A DNA stretch of 64,000 bases, from positions 29,363-93,362 of IMG/VR virus record IMGVR_UViG_3300046096_000411. One strand, given 5' to 3'. This DNA comes from a virus. Below the pieces are notes generated by a model, which did no database searches, was not told the DNA's origin, and worked only from the letters and a program-made list of their open reading frames with translations. Position numbers and translations under genes: made by a program. Below, piece by piece: positions 10,143 through 19,113 of the stretch (its first letter is position 1; each line of letters starts with the position of its first letter).

Positions 10143-11845
10143 CAGGGCTCCACGGTAAAAACAGGCAGGCCAAACGACTTCTGCATGTCTTGACCATCAT
10201 CCTGCCCGGGGTCGGGCTGGCCGCCGTCATCAAACATGCCGTCCTCGGGTGCTTCGCCCTGCTGGTCGCCGCCTTCCTCTGGTGGCTGTCCGCCACCAGG
10301 TCCGGGGGCGCCGTAATCTTCCTGCTGGGCTTGGTTTTCAGCCTGCCACGCAGACATCAGCGACGGATTCAGCGGGGCGTTGCCCCATTCGCCCTTGACC
10401 TCTTCCATGCCCTGAGCCTTGCGGGCCTCATTGAGCGTGAGGATGGTCTTGTCCTTTTCCCAGCGCATCTGGGGGTCTTCTTCATCGAGGCCCGTCCAGC
10501 GAAAGACGTACTTGTCGCCGAATTCGGACACAATGTAGTCGGAAAACAAATCCTCGAAGTGGGACAGCAACGGGCGCAAGCCCTTGTCCTTGGAGTTGAT
10601 CAGCTTTTCCTCGGTGTCCGAGCCGGACAGCGAAGACGTGCCAGAGGTGAATGACTCGAAGTTGATCTCGTCCGGCGCGATGCCGTAGATCGCGCAAATG
10701 ATGGACGTGAGGAACGTCATCCACTTGGCGAACATGATCTCGTTCACGTCCACGCCGAAGTTTTCAAACGCGGCCTTGGACTCCTGGTTCTTCGACACCA
10801 GCACAGGGAGCGTCCAGGCATTGTTGATGCCCTTGACCATGGAATTCCAGTACCGCTTGAACGCGGCCATGTCCTGGTCGCTGTACTCGCCGGTCAGGTG
10901 CAGCAAGCCCTTGGGGATAGCGTTGCTGTCGAAATACTTGGTGTTGTAGCTGAAAGCGTTAAGGAAGCCCGTGACCACACGCACCAGCAGCTCGGTCTCG
11001 GACAGGCCGTAGCCGCCCACCAGAACATCGGTGCGGGGATTGCGCGGGACGTAGATCAGGTCGTCGTGGGTGTAGGCGGCCCGGATGTTCCCATCCACCA
11101 CCTGCAGCGCGAAAATCTCATCCTCGTCGCGGTAGCCCACCTCGTTGGCAAGCCGGATGGTAGCGCCGTCCACGGCATACATGCCGTCAATACCCAGCGA
11201 CTTGTTGCGCTTGTACTCGGTTTCGATTGGCGCGCTGTCCAGCGTAAGGCTGTCGCGCACCAGTTTGGCCATGAGGTTCGAGAAGTTGTCGCGCTTCAGG
11301 CGTGCGCGCTGGCGCGGGTTGCGCTCCCAGCCGCTGTGCGTGAAGAAGTCCTGCATAAGCGCGATGGATTGCTGCTCGTCGCTGCCGAGCTTGGCATTGG
11401 GGTCTTTCAGGCGAACCTGAAACCCGGGGCCTTTGCCACCGTCTGGTACGCGGCAAAACCGCTTCACCTGGCGAATGCGGGTGAAGATTACCGCAGAAAG
11501 AATTGGGGTCTGGTCCACCATGCCGCGCAGCATGTCAAAACTCATGTTCGACCAGCGCTCACGCCACTCGCCCATGGCGTTGCCATAGGTGTCGTTCACC
11601 CACACGGACTGCATGCCGGCCTTGCCGTCGGCTATGGCCCGGCTCGGGAATGGTATGACGTTGGGTTTTGCCAGCGACTTTGCGAACTCGCTCTCTTCGT
11701 ACTGCCGCTGCATGTACTCCACGACCGGCATCATGTCGGTGACGCTTTTGGGCAGCGCCGCCTGCTGCGCCTCTTGCATGGCGTGCGAGCGCTCATCTTG
11801 CGGAGCGGCGCCATTGAAGGCGGTGGATAGTGCAGTTTCAGCCAT
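10142..11845 (-). CDS. Phage portal protein
   Basis: 567 aa; GYGLSETE, YFDSNAIPKGLL and TLNEARK motifs; downstream of terminase. Confidence 0.9.
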   Translation of the reverse strand: MAETALSTAFNGAAPQDERSHAMQEAQQAALPKSVTDMMPVVEYMQRQYEESEFAKSLAKPNVIPFPSRAIADGKAGMQSVWVNDTYGNAMGEWRERWSNMSFDMLRGMVDQTPILSAVIFTRIRQVKRFCRVPDGGKGPGFQVRLKDPNAKLGSDEQQSIALMQDFFTHSGWERNPRQRARLKRDNFSNLMAKLVRDSLTLDSAPIETEYKRNKSLGIDGMYAVDGATIRLANEVGYRDEDEIFALQVVDGNIRAAYTHDDLIYVPRNPRTDVLVGGYGLSETELLVRVVTGFLNAFSYNTKYFDSNAIPKGLLHLTGEYSDQDMAAFKRYWNSMVKGINNAWTLPVLVSKNQESKAAFENFGVDVNEIMFAKWMTFLTSIICAIYGIAPDEINFESFTSGTSSLSGSDTEEKLINSKDKGLRPLLSHFEDLFSDYIVSEFGDKYVFRWTGLDEEDPQMRWEKDKTILTLNEARKAQGMEEVKGEWGNAPLNPSLMSAWQAENQAQQEDYGAPGPGGGQPPEEGGDQQGEAPEDGMFDDGGQPDPGQDDGQDMQKSFGLPVFTVEP

Positions 11846-11860
11846 GCGGGAAGTGTGCTG

Positions 11861-11867
11861 TCACGAC
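11861..11867 (-). promoter_or_regulatory. Late promoter motif GTCGTGA-N3-NANNNT (1 of 10 copies)
   Basis: Also at 15880, 16640, 23436, 24764, 27728, 31586, 56463, 61695 and 63987, each just upstream of a minus-strand gene. Confidence 0.75.
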
Positions 11868-11895
11868 AACAAAAAAGAAGGCGCAGCGAGTTGCG

Positions 11896-11916
11896 GCAAC
11901 ATTTTTGCGGTAGAAT
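11896..11916 (+). promoter_or_regulatory. Operator palindrome GCAACATTTTTGC followed by -10 box TAGAAT
   Basis: Similar GCAA-N5-TTGC sites at 35160, 35790, 53096 and (one mismatch) 29904. Confidence 0.6.
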
Positions 11917-11938
11917 TACTACATCAACAGGAGAAACC

Positions 11939-12058
11939 ATGAACATCAACGAAATGACCCCACGCGAACGCCAAATCGAAAAGTTGAAAGACTACTTGCT
12001 GGCAGTCTCCATCGGACTCGGTCTTGCTTGGATTTTGGTGGAATCCCTGTCCAAATAA
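11939..12058 (+). CDS. Small membrane peptide
   Basis: RBS AGGAG; 39 aa with one TM helix. Confidence 0.55.
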   Translation: MNINEMTPRERQIEKLKDYLLAVSIGLGLAWILVESLSK

Positions 12059-12106
12059 CGGCCCACGGCCACTGCCGCCAAAGTGGCCGACACCCAAGGA
12101 AATTCA

Positions 12107-12322
12107 ATGTCATCCAAACGCATCTACGCAACTACCGACAACACGGGCGCGCGAAAACTCATCAGCGCCACGACATCGCACCAAGCGGTGGCCCACCACG
12201 CCAAGAGCACCATCAGCGTGCGCGTGGCTACGCCTGAAGACCTGATCGCGCTGACCAAGGCCGGTGTCGATGTCGAGGAAGTCGGAACAACATCATCCAC
12301 AGAAGGCGGGGCTGCAGAATGA
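12107..12322 (+). CDS. Hypothetical phage protein
   Basis: RBS AAGGA; overlaps the dut start. Confidence 0.6.
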   Translation: MSSKRIYATTDNTGARKLISATTSHQAVAHHAKSTISVRVATPEDLIALTKAGVDVEEVGTTSSTEGGAAE

Positions 12323-12789
12323 TGCAAATGCAAATCGTCCCCCTCAAGGTCAAAAAACTGCACCTGGACGCCATTGTCCCAGTGCACCAGACAGCAGGCG
12401 CGGCCTGCTTTGATTTGCATTCCGTGCTAGAGGACGACGTCCATCTCAACCACGGCCTAACCGTGAACCCCGGCACCAGCGAGGTCATCCGCACCGGGCT
12501 GGCTTTTGAGGTGCCCGCCGGCTACGTGATGCTGATATACAGCCGCAGCGGCCACGGCTTCAAAAACGGCGTGCGCCTGAGCAACTCCGTGGGCGTTATC
12601 GACTCGGACTACCGCGGGGAAATCAAGGTCGCGCTGCACAACGACAGCCGCGCCAAGTTCAAGGTGGCCAACGGCGACCGCATCGCCCAAGCCATGCTGA
12701 TGCCGGTACCGCGCTTGAACATAGTGGAGACTGAGCAACTCAGCGAAACAGAGCGCGGCGCCGGCGGGTTCGGGAGCACCGGTCGATGA
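12319..12789 (+). CDS. dut: Trimeric dUTPase
   Basis: AACFDL, SRSG, GVIDSDYRGEI, GDRIAQ, RGAGGFGSTG motifs. Confidence 0.97.
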   Translation: MMQMQIVPLKVKKLHLDAIVPVHQTAGAACFDLHSVLEDDVHLNHGLTVNPGTSEVIRTGLAFEVPAGYVMLIYSRSGHGFKNGVRLSNSVGVIDSDYRGEIKVALHNDSRAKFKVANGDRIAQAMLMPVPRLNIVETEQLSETERGAGGFGSTGR

Positions 12790-13247
12790 GAAAGCGCACG
12801 CGCCGAAAGATTTATGCGTTGGTTAACCCGATTGCCTACGCAATCGAGGGAGCAAGCGTAACCCCCACGGACCAGCTCGATAGCCTTCGTGTTCTAGAGC
12901 TGTCCGCCATTGATGCGGTCGCTCGTGGAATGGGGACTGTAAAAGACCTTTCGGCGCTGCGCGACATGGCTAACCTCTGTGAAATGATGGCGCTCGGAGG
13001 TGTTGGACCCGAGGCGCTGGAGCCGTCAAGGCTGGCGCAAAGAGAGATGATCGACATAGTGGAGCGCCGGAAAAGAACCGGTCGCATTGGCGCCACAGGC
13101 TCAGGCCTTGAATCATTCCGCGAGCTTTTCAGGTGGCACGACCTCCAGCGCACCAGCATCTCGCGCAGCGAGTATGAGAGATACATTGTGAAGACGACAA
13201 ACGCCGTCAAAGGTGGCAGGGCCACCGTGGTCAACTTGGACAGTTAA
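12786..13247 (+). CDS. Hypothetical phage protein
   Basis: 153 aa, coupled to dut. Confidence 0.65.
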   Translation: MRKRTRRKIYALVNPIAYAIEGASVTPTDQLDSLRVLELSAIDAVARGMGTVKDLSALRDMANLCEMMALGGVGPEALEPSRLAQREMIDIVERRKRTGRIGATGSGLESFRELFRWHDLQRTSISRSEYERYIVKTTNAVKGGRATVVNLDS

Positions 13248-15865
13248 ACCGCAATAAACAACGGGCACCCGGGGTCTGTTTCGCGCACGCGAACACCATC
13301 CCGCTCGTTGCATCGTCCGTTATCGAATGAAATACAGCGTCCGCACACGTCGCCTGACACCTGCAAAACCTCCTGAATGGCGTTGCTCAACGTCGGCGTG
13401 TACCGCTCAAGCACAACCTGCACCGACGTCTCCTTGGGCTTTTCTGGCTCCGGCAGGATAAACATATTGGTGCCATACGCGCGGGCCCATGCCACGTCCA
13501 CAAGCATGTTGGCGTAGCTGGTGTGCGGGTCGATGCCGACCTTCACCACCCGGCGTTTAAACTTTTTCTCTTCCTCGTCCTTTTCCGCGATCAGCGCTGT
13601 GCGGGTGAAGTGGAAGAACGCGTACTCCTTGCAGACGGCGGACATCCGCCATTTGCCCTTCTCCAGAACCTCCTGCACCAAGCCCTCGGGGTCAGGGAAC
13701 AGGCAGAGCTTTTTCTGGAAGCGACCCATAGACACCTGCATGCACTTGTACTGGTCGAGCGTGACGGTGAAGCGGTCCCGCAATTCCTCGTCCGTCCGGC
13801 GTTCGCTGGTGTCCAGCTTGGGGGCGTCGCCCCAGCGCAGCATGTCGCCCTCCATGTTGCCGTAGCCAGCCAGGAACACGCGGCCGTCATGGCGGCGGGC
13901 AAACGACTTGGCATTGTCGTAGTTGGGAAGCGTTTCCACCACACAGCACTGCACGCCGTAGGTCGACATCAGCTCGTCGCACCGGTCCCATGGCGAGGCC
14001 TCGGGGTCGTCTTTGGTGGGCGCTCGGAAGATGTACTCCATGTGCAGCACGGCCTGGCGGCCGTCGGGCAGCCGCTCCTTGATGATGGCCACAATGAAGG
14101 AGCCCATCTGGTCGAGCCCCATGAAGGTGCCCCTGCCATTGCGCCGCCACTGGAGCCCGTACTCCACACCCACGCGGGCGCACTCGTTGAGCATTTCCAG
14201 ATTCACCGGCACCTGTGACGGGTCGGTGTAGGGCTTGCCCAGCTTCCGGTTAAAAAAGTTCTTCATGTCGTCGGCGTTGTGGTACGCCTCGATGATGTCC
14301 CTGGGGCTGATTGTTGGCGACAGAAACTGCGGGAAGTGCACCGAGCGAATCTCGGAATCCGGCGTCTTTGCGATCCACTGGCCGATCTGCGGGTCGTCAA
14401 TCCACCCCTGGCACGACACGCACCGGTAGCGGTACTCGCCACGGGCGGCGCCGCCCTCGCGCTGCAGCAGGCGCGGAGCCTCGGGGTCGTAGCCGATGCA
14501 TTGGGGGAAATTTTCGTCCAGCACCTGTAGCATCGCGCAGTGCGGGCACTCGGTGTGGAACTGGTGCTGGGTGCCCTTTTTGTACCAGAAGTGAATGTCG
14601 GAGTCCGGCCAGTTGGCCGTGGAGCCCATGAGCGTGTACCGCAGCGACGAGGCGGACATACGCTCGCGGGTTTTCTCCATGTCCGCGATTGCCATCTCCT
14701 GCACCTCGTCAAACGAGACGACGTCCATGGGGAAGGATTCGGTCGCGGTCTTGCCGGTGGTCCACAGGAAGTGAAACCGGGACGAGCCCAAATTGCGAAT
14801 AAGGATGTTGCCCTCGCCGCCACGGCCGCCGGATGCCTGCTTCTCGGTCATCAGCGCGTACACGTCGGGTACCGTCCGCACGATGGGCATGAAGCGCTCG
14901 CTCGACTTGCCAGAGGCCAGCATCTGCGACGGCATAAACATGCCGATCTTGGCTGGCGAGAACCGCATGGCCAGGTAGATCATGGCCAACATTTCCATGA
15001 CGGTGAAGCCCACCTGGGTGCACTTCATGATCACGTCGGTACGGTTGAAGGCGTCCTCAATCGTGGCGGGGATGAGTTCGTAAATGAACCGCATCGCCGG
15101 GCGGTCGGACAGCGTGAATGGCCGGCCGTCAACCTTGAGCCCTTCGGCTTCCAGCCGCTCGCACCACTGCAGGAACGTCTCGCCGGGCTTGAGTGAGCGC
15201 TGCTCTTGGGTGAACTCGACCGCCACATCAAAGAACTCAGCACCGAACCGCTGGCGCTGCTCCAGCTCGGTGCCCAGCGACGCGGCCAGTCGCGCCTCTT
15301 CAGGTAGGTGCGGATTGCAGAAGCTGTCGAACTGCCACACCGACCAGTCGGGGTCAGTCTGTCCGAGCCGGCACAGCCGGTAGAAGTCGTTGCGCTTGCC
15401 GAAAGCCCCGGACAGGAACCATGCGTCGCCGTTGTAGACCTTCAACATGGGGCGAAGCACGTCCTCCCACAGATTGAGTAGGCCATCCACGAGCCGGGCG
15501 TCGTCCACCACGATCAGGCCGTACTGTTCGAACAGCTCCTGGGGCTTCTCGAAGCTGTAGAAGTCCACGAACCCGCCGGACACCAGCTCGATGCGTCGGG
15601 CGTTGACGCGGCGTTTGATGAGCGGGTCGATGGCGCGCATCACAAGGCGGCGAGCCTCAATCATGGCGTCGTCGGTCGGCGAGAACCAAGCAACCGGCTT
15701 CTTGCTGTTGAGCGCGCCCTTGGGGCTGGCGAGTAGCACCTCAATGCCAAGCGTTGTCTTGCCGAACTGCTCACCGGCGGCAACGGCGTTGTACCGGCTG
15801 GCGCGCGCCAAGGCCTTCTGCTGGGCCGCGTGGGGCGTTGGGAGCGATATTTTTACGGTAGCCAT
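13244..15865 (-). CDS. terL: Terminase large subunit (GpA-type) with an extra N-terminal degenerate terminase ATPase domain
   Basis: N-terminal GEQFGKT/IVVDDA; then MKCTQVGFT, VSFDEV, CPHC and GLDQ nuclease motifs. Confidence 0.88.
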   Translation of the reverse strand: MATVKISLPTPHAAQQKALARASRYNAVAAGEQFGKTTLGIEVLLASPKGALNSKKPVAWFSPTDDAMIEARRLVMRAIDPLIKRRVNARRIELVSGGFVDFYSFEKPQELFEQYGLIVVDDARLVDGLLNLWEDVLRPMLKVYNGDAWFLSGAFGKRNDFYRLCRLGQTDPDWSVWQFDSFCNPHLPEEARLAASLGTELEQRQRFGAEFFDVAVEFTQEQRSLKPGETFLQWCERLEAEGLKVDGRPFTLSDRPAMRFIYELIPATIEDAFNRTDVIMKCTQVGFTVMEMLAMIYLAMRFSPAKIGMFMPSQMLASGKSSERFMPIVRTVPDVYALMTEKQASGGRGGEGNILIRNLGSSRFHFLWTTGKTATESFPMDVVSFDEVQEMAIADMEKTRERMSASSLRYTLMGSTANWPDSDIHFWYKKGTQHQFHTECPHCAMLQVLDENFPQCIGYDPEAPRLLQREGGAARGEYRYRCVSCQGWIDDPQIGQWIAKTPDSEIRSVHFPQFLSPTISPRDIIEAYHNADDMKNFFNRKLGKPYTDPSQVPVNLEMLNECARVGVEYGLQWRRNGRGTFMGLDQMGSFIVAIIKERLPDGRQAVLHMEYIFRAPTKDDPEASPWDRCDELMSTYGVQCCVVETLPNYDNAKSFARRHDGRVFLAGYGNMEGDMLRWGDAPKLDTSERRTDEELRDRFTVTLDQYKCMQVSMGRFQKKLCLFPDPEGLVQEVLEKGKWRMSAVCKEYAFFHFTRTALIAEKDEEEKKFKRRVVKVGIDPHTSYANMLVDVAWARAYGTNMFILPEPEKPKETSVQVVLERYTPTLSNAIQEVLQVSGDVCGRCISFDNGRCNERDGVRVRETDPGCPLFIAV

Positions 15866-15907
15866 AACCCATCATTGTCTCACGACTGGATGGGGCTGGC
15901 AGGCGGG

Positions 15908-16609
15908 CTACTTGAGCAGATCAGGGCGCACCATGAGCATAGACTTTTCCATGGAGCCGCCGGGCTTTGCGTACTTGTAGCCGCCCCTAGCCATGCGCTG
16001 AGAGTCGGCGCCGCTGACTACGACGTGATGACTGTGATCCGGGTGAGACATCACAAAGGCACCACCCTTGCTGTTTGCGCTTTTGTTTGAATACGAGTGG
16101 GCGCGGTCAGCAGTGGAGAAAACAGCAACCCCCGACTTTGACTTTGCTCCAGCACTGACGGCGTGGTTTGAGACGTCGTCGGCCGACATAGGAGGCTTAG
16201 GCTTTGCAGCACCGGCTGGCGCAGCAGGCTTCGCAGCCGGAAACTTCTTCTCGTACCCGGCAACCGAGCGCGCATGGTTCAAAGTCTTGAACCCGAGGCC
16301 CTCGTGGTGGTCTGGGTGGATGTGCTCCAAGACGTGATCGCGGGCGGCTGTATCCATGCCTTTAAGGGTTCCCGACAGTGCCTTGTGATCGCCAGCCGCC
16401 ATCTGGTCGGCGGCGATCTGGTTATGCCAGTGGTCTATGTGGTCCGGCTTCGAGGACTCGCGCAAGGCCTTGGCGTGGGTACCGAGAGGCGGCGCCGCCG
16501 CCTGTCGCTTGTCGTCATGGGCCTGAACGATTGTGCCATCGGAACGGGTGTAAGAATCGACGTGGGACTTCAGCATCTCGGGGAATACGATCAGGATTGG
16601 TTTCGACAT
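15908..16609 (-). CDS. Putative internal head protein
   Basis: N-terminal MLKSHVDSYTRSDGTIVQAH, C-terminal MEKS; own late promoter. Confidence 0.6.
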   Translation of the reverse strand: MSKPILIVFPEMLKSHVDSYTRSDGTIVQAHDDKRQAAAPPLGTHAKALRESSKPDHIDHWHNQIAADQMAAGDHKALSGTLKGMDTAARDHVLEHIHPDHHEGLGFKTLNHARSVAGYEKKFPAAKPAAPAGAAKPKPPMSADDVSNHAVSAGAKSKSGVAVFSTADRAHSYSNKSANSKGGAFVMSHPDHSHHVVVSGADSQRMARGGYKYAKPGGSMEKSMLMVRPDLLK

Positions 16610-16639
16610 GGCGGCTCCAGAATTTCCGACAGTATGCGG

Positions 16640-16981
16640 TCACGACGCGCGCTGCGGGCGACCGGTGTAGGGGGCGGTTGGTTGCAGGCGGGCGTGTTCG
16701 CGCCAGAACGCGGAGTACGCGTTATGAAGATCGTCGTCACGAACCGAGTTTTTGAAGTTGTCGTATTCAATGCTGGTGACCTCGGCGGAAATTGCCTCAG
16801 CGACCACATTGCGCGGCAGCACCGCGCGAAACGCGTAGTCGGTGTTGGTCGACTTTTTCACCTTGGCACCAGGAAACACGGCCTCGATGTCACCAGGTCG
16901 GCGCGCACGGACGAGCAGCTCGTCGGGGCCGCACTCCTTGGAAACGATGGACAGAAACGAATTATTCAAACAGACCCACAT
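16640..16981 (-). CDS. Hypothetical phage protein
   Basis: RBS AGGAG; LLVRAR, DYAFRA and YDNFK motifs. Confidence 0.7.
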   Translation of the reverse strand: MWVCLNNSFLSIVSKECGPDELLVRARRPGDIEAVFPGAKVKKSTNTDYAFRAVLPRNVVAEAISAEVTSIEYDNFKNSVRDDDLHNAYSAFWREHARLQPTAPYTGRPQRAS

Positions 16982-17045
16982 AGAAACACTCCTAAAAAAT
17001 TGGTGACGCAATATTACATCAACAATTTTGCGGTGTGTCGCTAAC

Positions 17046-17807
17046 TCAAATAAATTTTAGCCATTCGAGGGGTTCGGTGAGGATGAGCCTGTTGTTCTTT
17101 GACTGATTCAAAGCCCATGGGATTACTTGGCAGTTGTTCCAAACATGCAGGCCACACGCCGAGCGCCCAGCCAGAGGGATCATGTGATCCGAAGCCCAAT
17201 CAGTCCCGGTTGATGCTCTGCGCAGGCGCACGAGATCAGCCGCCTCTACCCAAGCCAGATCATCAAGCTCGCCGTGCCAAACGGGGACGGCTCGCATTTT
17301 GTTTGCCTTCCTCTTTTGCTGCAAAGCCGTTCTTCTGTGCTGGTTTTCAGCGGACCATGCACGAACCCGAGCCCTTACGACATCGCCATTCTTCTCTCGA
17401 TAGGCTTTCGACTTTTCCGCAAGAGCATCTTTGTTGCGCTGGTAGTAGCTCGCCCATTCTTCGGCGCGTTTTAATCTTGCCGCCTCTGGGCTGCGCTTCT
17501 TGCGTGGGTGGTTTGGTGGCCCAACAAACGCGTCTGCGCGAGCTTTGTCCCGCAGCTTCCGTTTCAGCCGCCCAACCTCGGATGACGACCGCTCCCTGTC
17601 GTACCTGAGCAACTTATCCGCGTTTCTTGCCCGGTAGGCTGCGTTGTACTTGCGCGCGCGAACCGGATCATAGTCAGCCCTCTTGCACTCGATGCATTTG
17701 GCGGATGCGGAAAGGCGCTCTGAAATGTGGCCATTCACACATGGCTTTCCAGTGAAGTAGCGGGCCAGCCCTTTTTCTATTGCCTCTGATCTTCCGATTT
17801 TTTCCAT
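17046..17807 (-). CDS. HNH homing endonuclease
   Basis: YFTGKPCVNGH N-terminus; DHMIPL...CGLHVWNN...NQSKNN. Confidence 0.85.
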   Translation of the reverse strand: MEKIGRSEAIEKGLARYFTGKPCVNGHISERLSASAKCIECKRADYDPVRARKYNAAYRARNADKLLRYDRERSSSEVGRLKRKLRDKARADAFVGPPNHPRKKRSPEAARLKRAEEWASYYQRNKDALAEKSKAYREKNGDVVRARVRAWSAENQHRRTALQQKRKANKMRAVPVWHGELDDLAWVEAADLVRLRRASTGTDWASDHMIPLAGRSACGLHVWNNCQVIPWALNQSKNNRLILTEPLEWLKFI

Positions 17808-17816
17808 CGGTAGATA

Positions 17817-18611
17817 TTAGCTCTTCGGAGCGACCTTTGGTGCTTGGTGTAGCTTTTTCGGTGCAGGCCCAGCACCAACAGCCTCAGCAATTCCATGATC
17901 CGTTGGCATGTTGAGAACTTCGTACAGGTGTCCACGAGGGACGAGGCTCACGGCCTCTGATTCCCAGCCGCAGTCAGTTGGGTCGCCACCAACCCGCACC
18001 GCCCGGTAGAACCGGGCCTTGCTGGTGGTGCGCTCCACGTCCATCAGGAAGCCGGTGATCTTGATCTTCAGCCCACTTTCTTCGTGGGCCTCTTTCGCTG
18101 CATTACCTTGCAGGCTCAAGCCCTTCTCTGCGCCCCCTTTGGGGAAGCTGGCTTGGTACCCACCGAAGGCATTGGTCGGATGGATCACCCAGCACCGGCC
18201 GTCCTTTTCCTCAATCACAACGCCAGAGGCGACCGCCTTGCCGGGTGTGACATGGAACGCTGGTTCTTCAATGTCGTGATCAACGCAGTCCGAATAATCC
18301 CAACCCTCGGCCGTGGTCGGCGCATCGCGCCAGCGGCGAAACGGCACGCCGTTCAACTCGCGGGGCACGTCGCCACCAGGCACAAACGTGGCCACGGCGT
18401 CGGGGTTGTCCCAAGTGGACTCGGCCGACGGATGGTGCGGGGCCTTGACCAGCACGGCCTCGCCCTTTTCGCCCAGCTTCGGGTGATGGTGCGGTGGCAG
18501 CGGCTCGTGGCCGTTGCGGTCATACGGGCGGACGTAGTGCTCGCCGCGCATGTGGCCCTTGACGTGGGCCTTGGCGAGATCGTCGCCGAACTCCAGTACG
18601 GCATCAGTCAT
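17817..18611 (-). CDS. Nudix hydrolase with head-protein-like N-terminus
   Basis: Nudix box PKGGAEKGLSLQGNAAKEAHEESGL. Confidence 0.88.
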   Translation of the reverse strand: MTDAVLEFGDDLAKAHVKGHMRGEHYVRPYDRNGHEPLPPHHHPKLGEKGEAVLVKAPHHPSAESTWDNPDAVATFVPGGDVPRELNGVPFRRWRDAPTTAEGWDYSDCVDHDIEEPAFHVTPGKAVASGVVIEEKDGRCWVIHPTNAFGGYQASFPKGGAEKGLSLQGNAAKEAHEESGLKIKITGFLMDVERTTSKARFYRAVRVGGDPTDCGWESEAVSLVPRGHLYEVLNMPTDHGIAEAVGAGPAPKKLHQAPKVAPKS

Positions 18612-19113
18612 TGCCCACCACCCCCGTCAACGCCATAGAAATCGACCGGACGGCCGCCACCAGGGTCTGCTCTGTTTCCTCTCCTGGCGCGCCGGCGGAC
18701 GCCTCGCGCAACAGGTCGTAGACCGAATGCACGAACACGGCGAAGGCTTGGGCAACCAGCTGCACGTCGTCGTCGTCCGGCACCAGCTCCCGCTCCATGC
18801 GGTTGCGCAGGTGATCGGCCAGTGGTTTACCAGTCCAGTTGCGCACGGGCGCATAGGCGGGGTCCGCACCAGTGAACACGCTGGCGAGCTTCAGGCACTG
18901 CGCCCGGTCGGCGTCAGCGGCATCGCCGGGTGTGAGCACGCCGTGCCCAACCTCGTCAAACCGCGTGATTACTTCGGATGCGAAGCCGCGCACGATACGC
19001 TCGACCTCCCGAATGTCGCCCAAGTACACGCGGCCATCGGTGGCGGCCTTCAGGGACTCAAGAATGCCAGAGGGGTCGGTGTGGAGGTTAAGTTTTTCGG
19101 TCATTTTGGTCAC
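18604..19113 (-). CDS. Hypothetical protein (helical, acidic)
   Basis: 169 aa; overlaps both neighbouring genes. Confidence 0.65.
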   Translation of the reverse strand: MTKMTEKLNLHTDPSGILESLKAATDGRVYLGDIREVERIVRGFASEVITRFDEVGHGVLTPGDAADADRAQCLKLASVFTGADPAYAPVRNWTGKPLADHLRNRMERELVPDDDDVQLVAQAFAVFVHSVYDLLREASAGAPGEETEQTLVAAVRSISMALTGVVGND

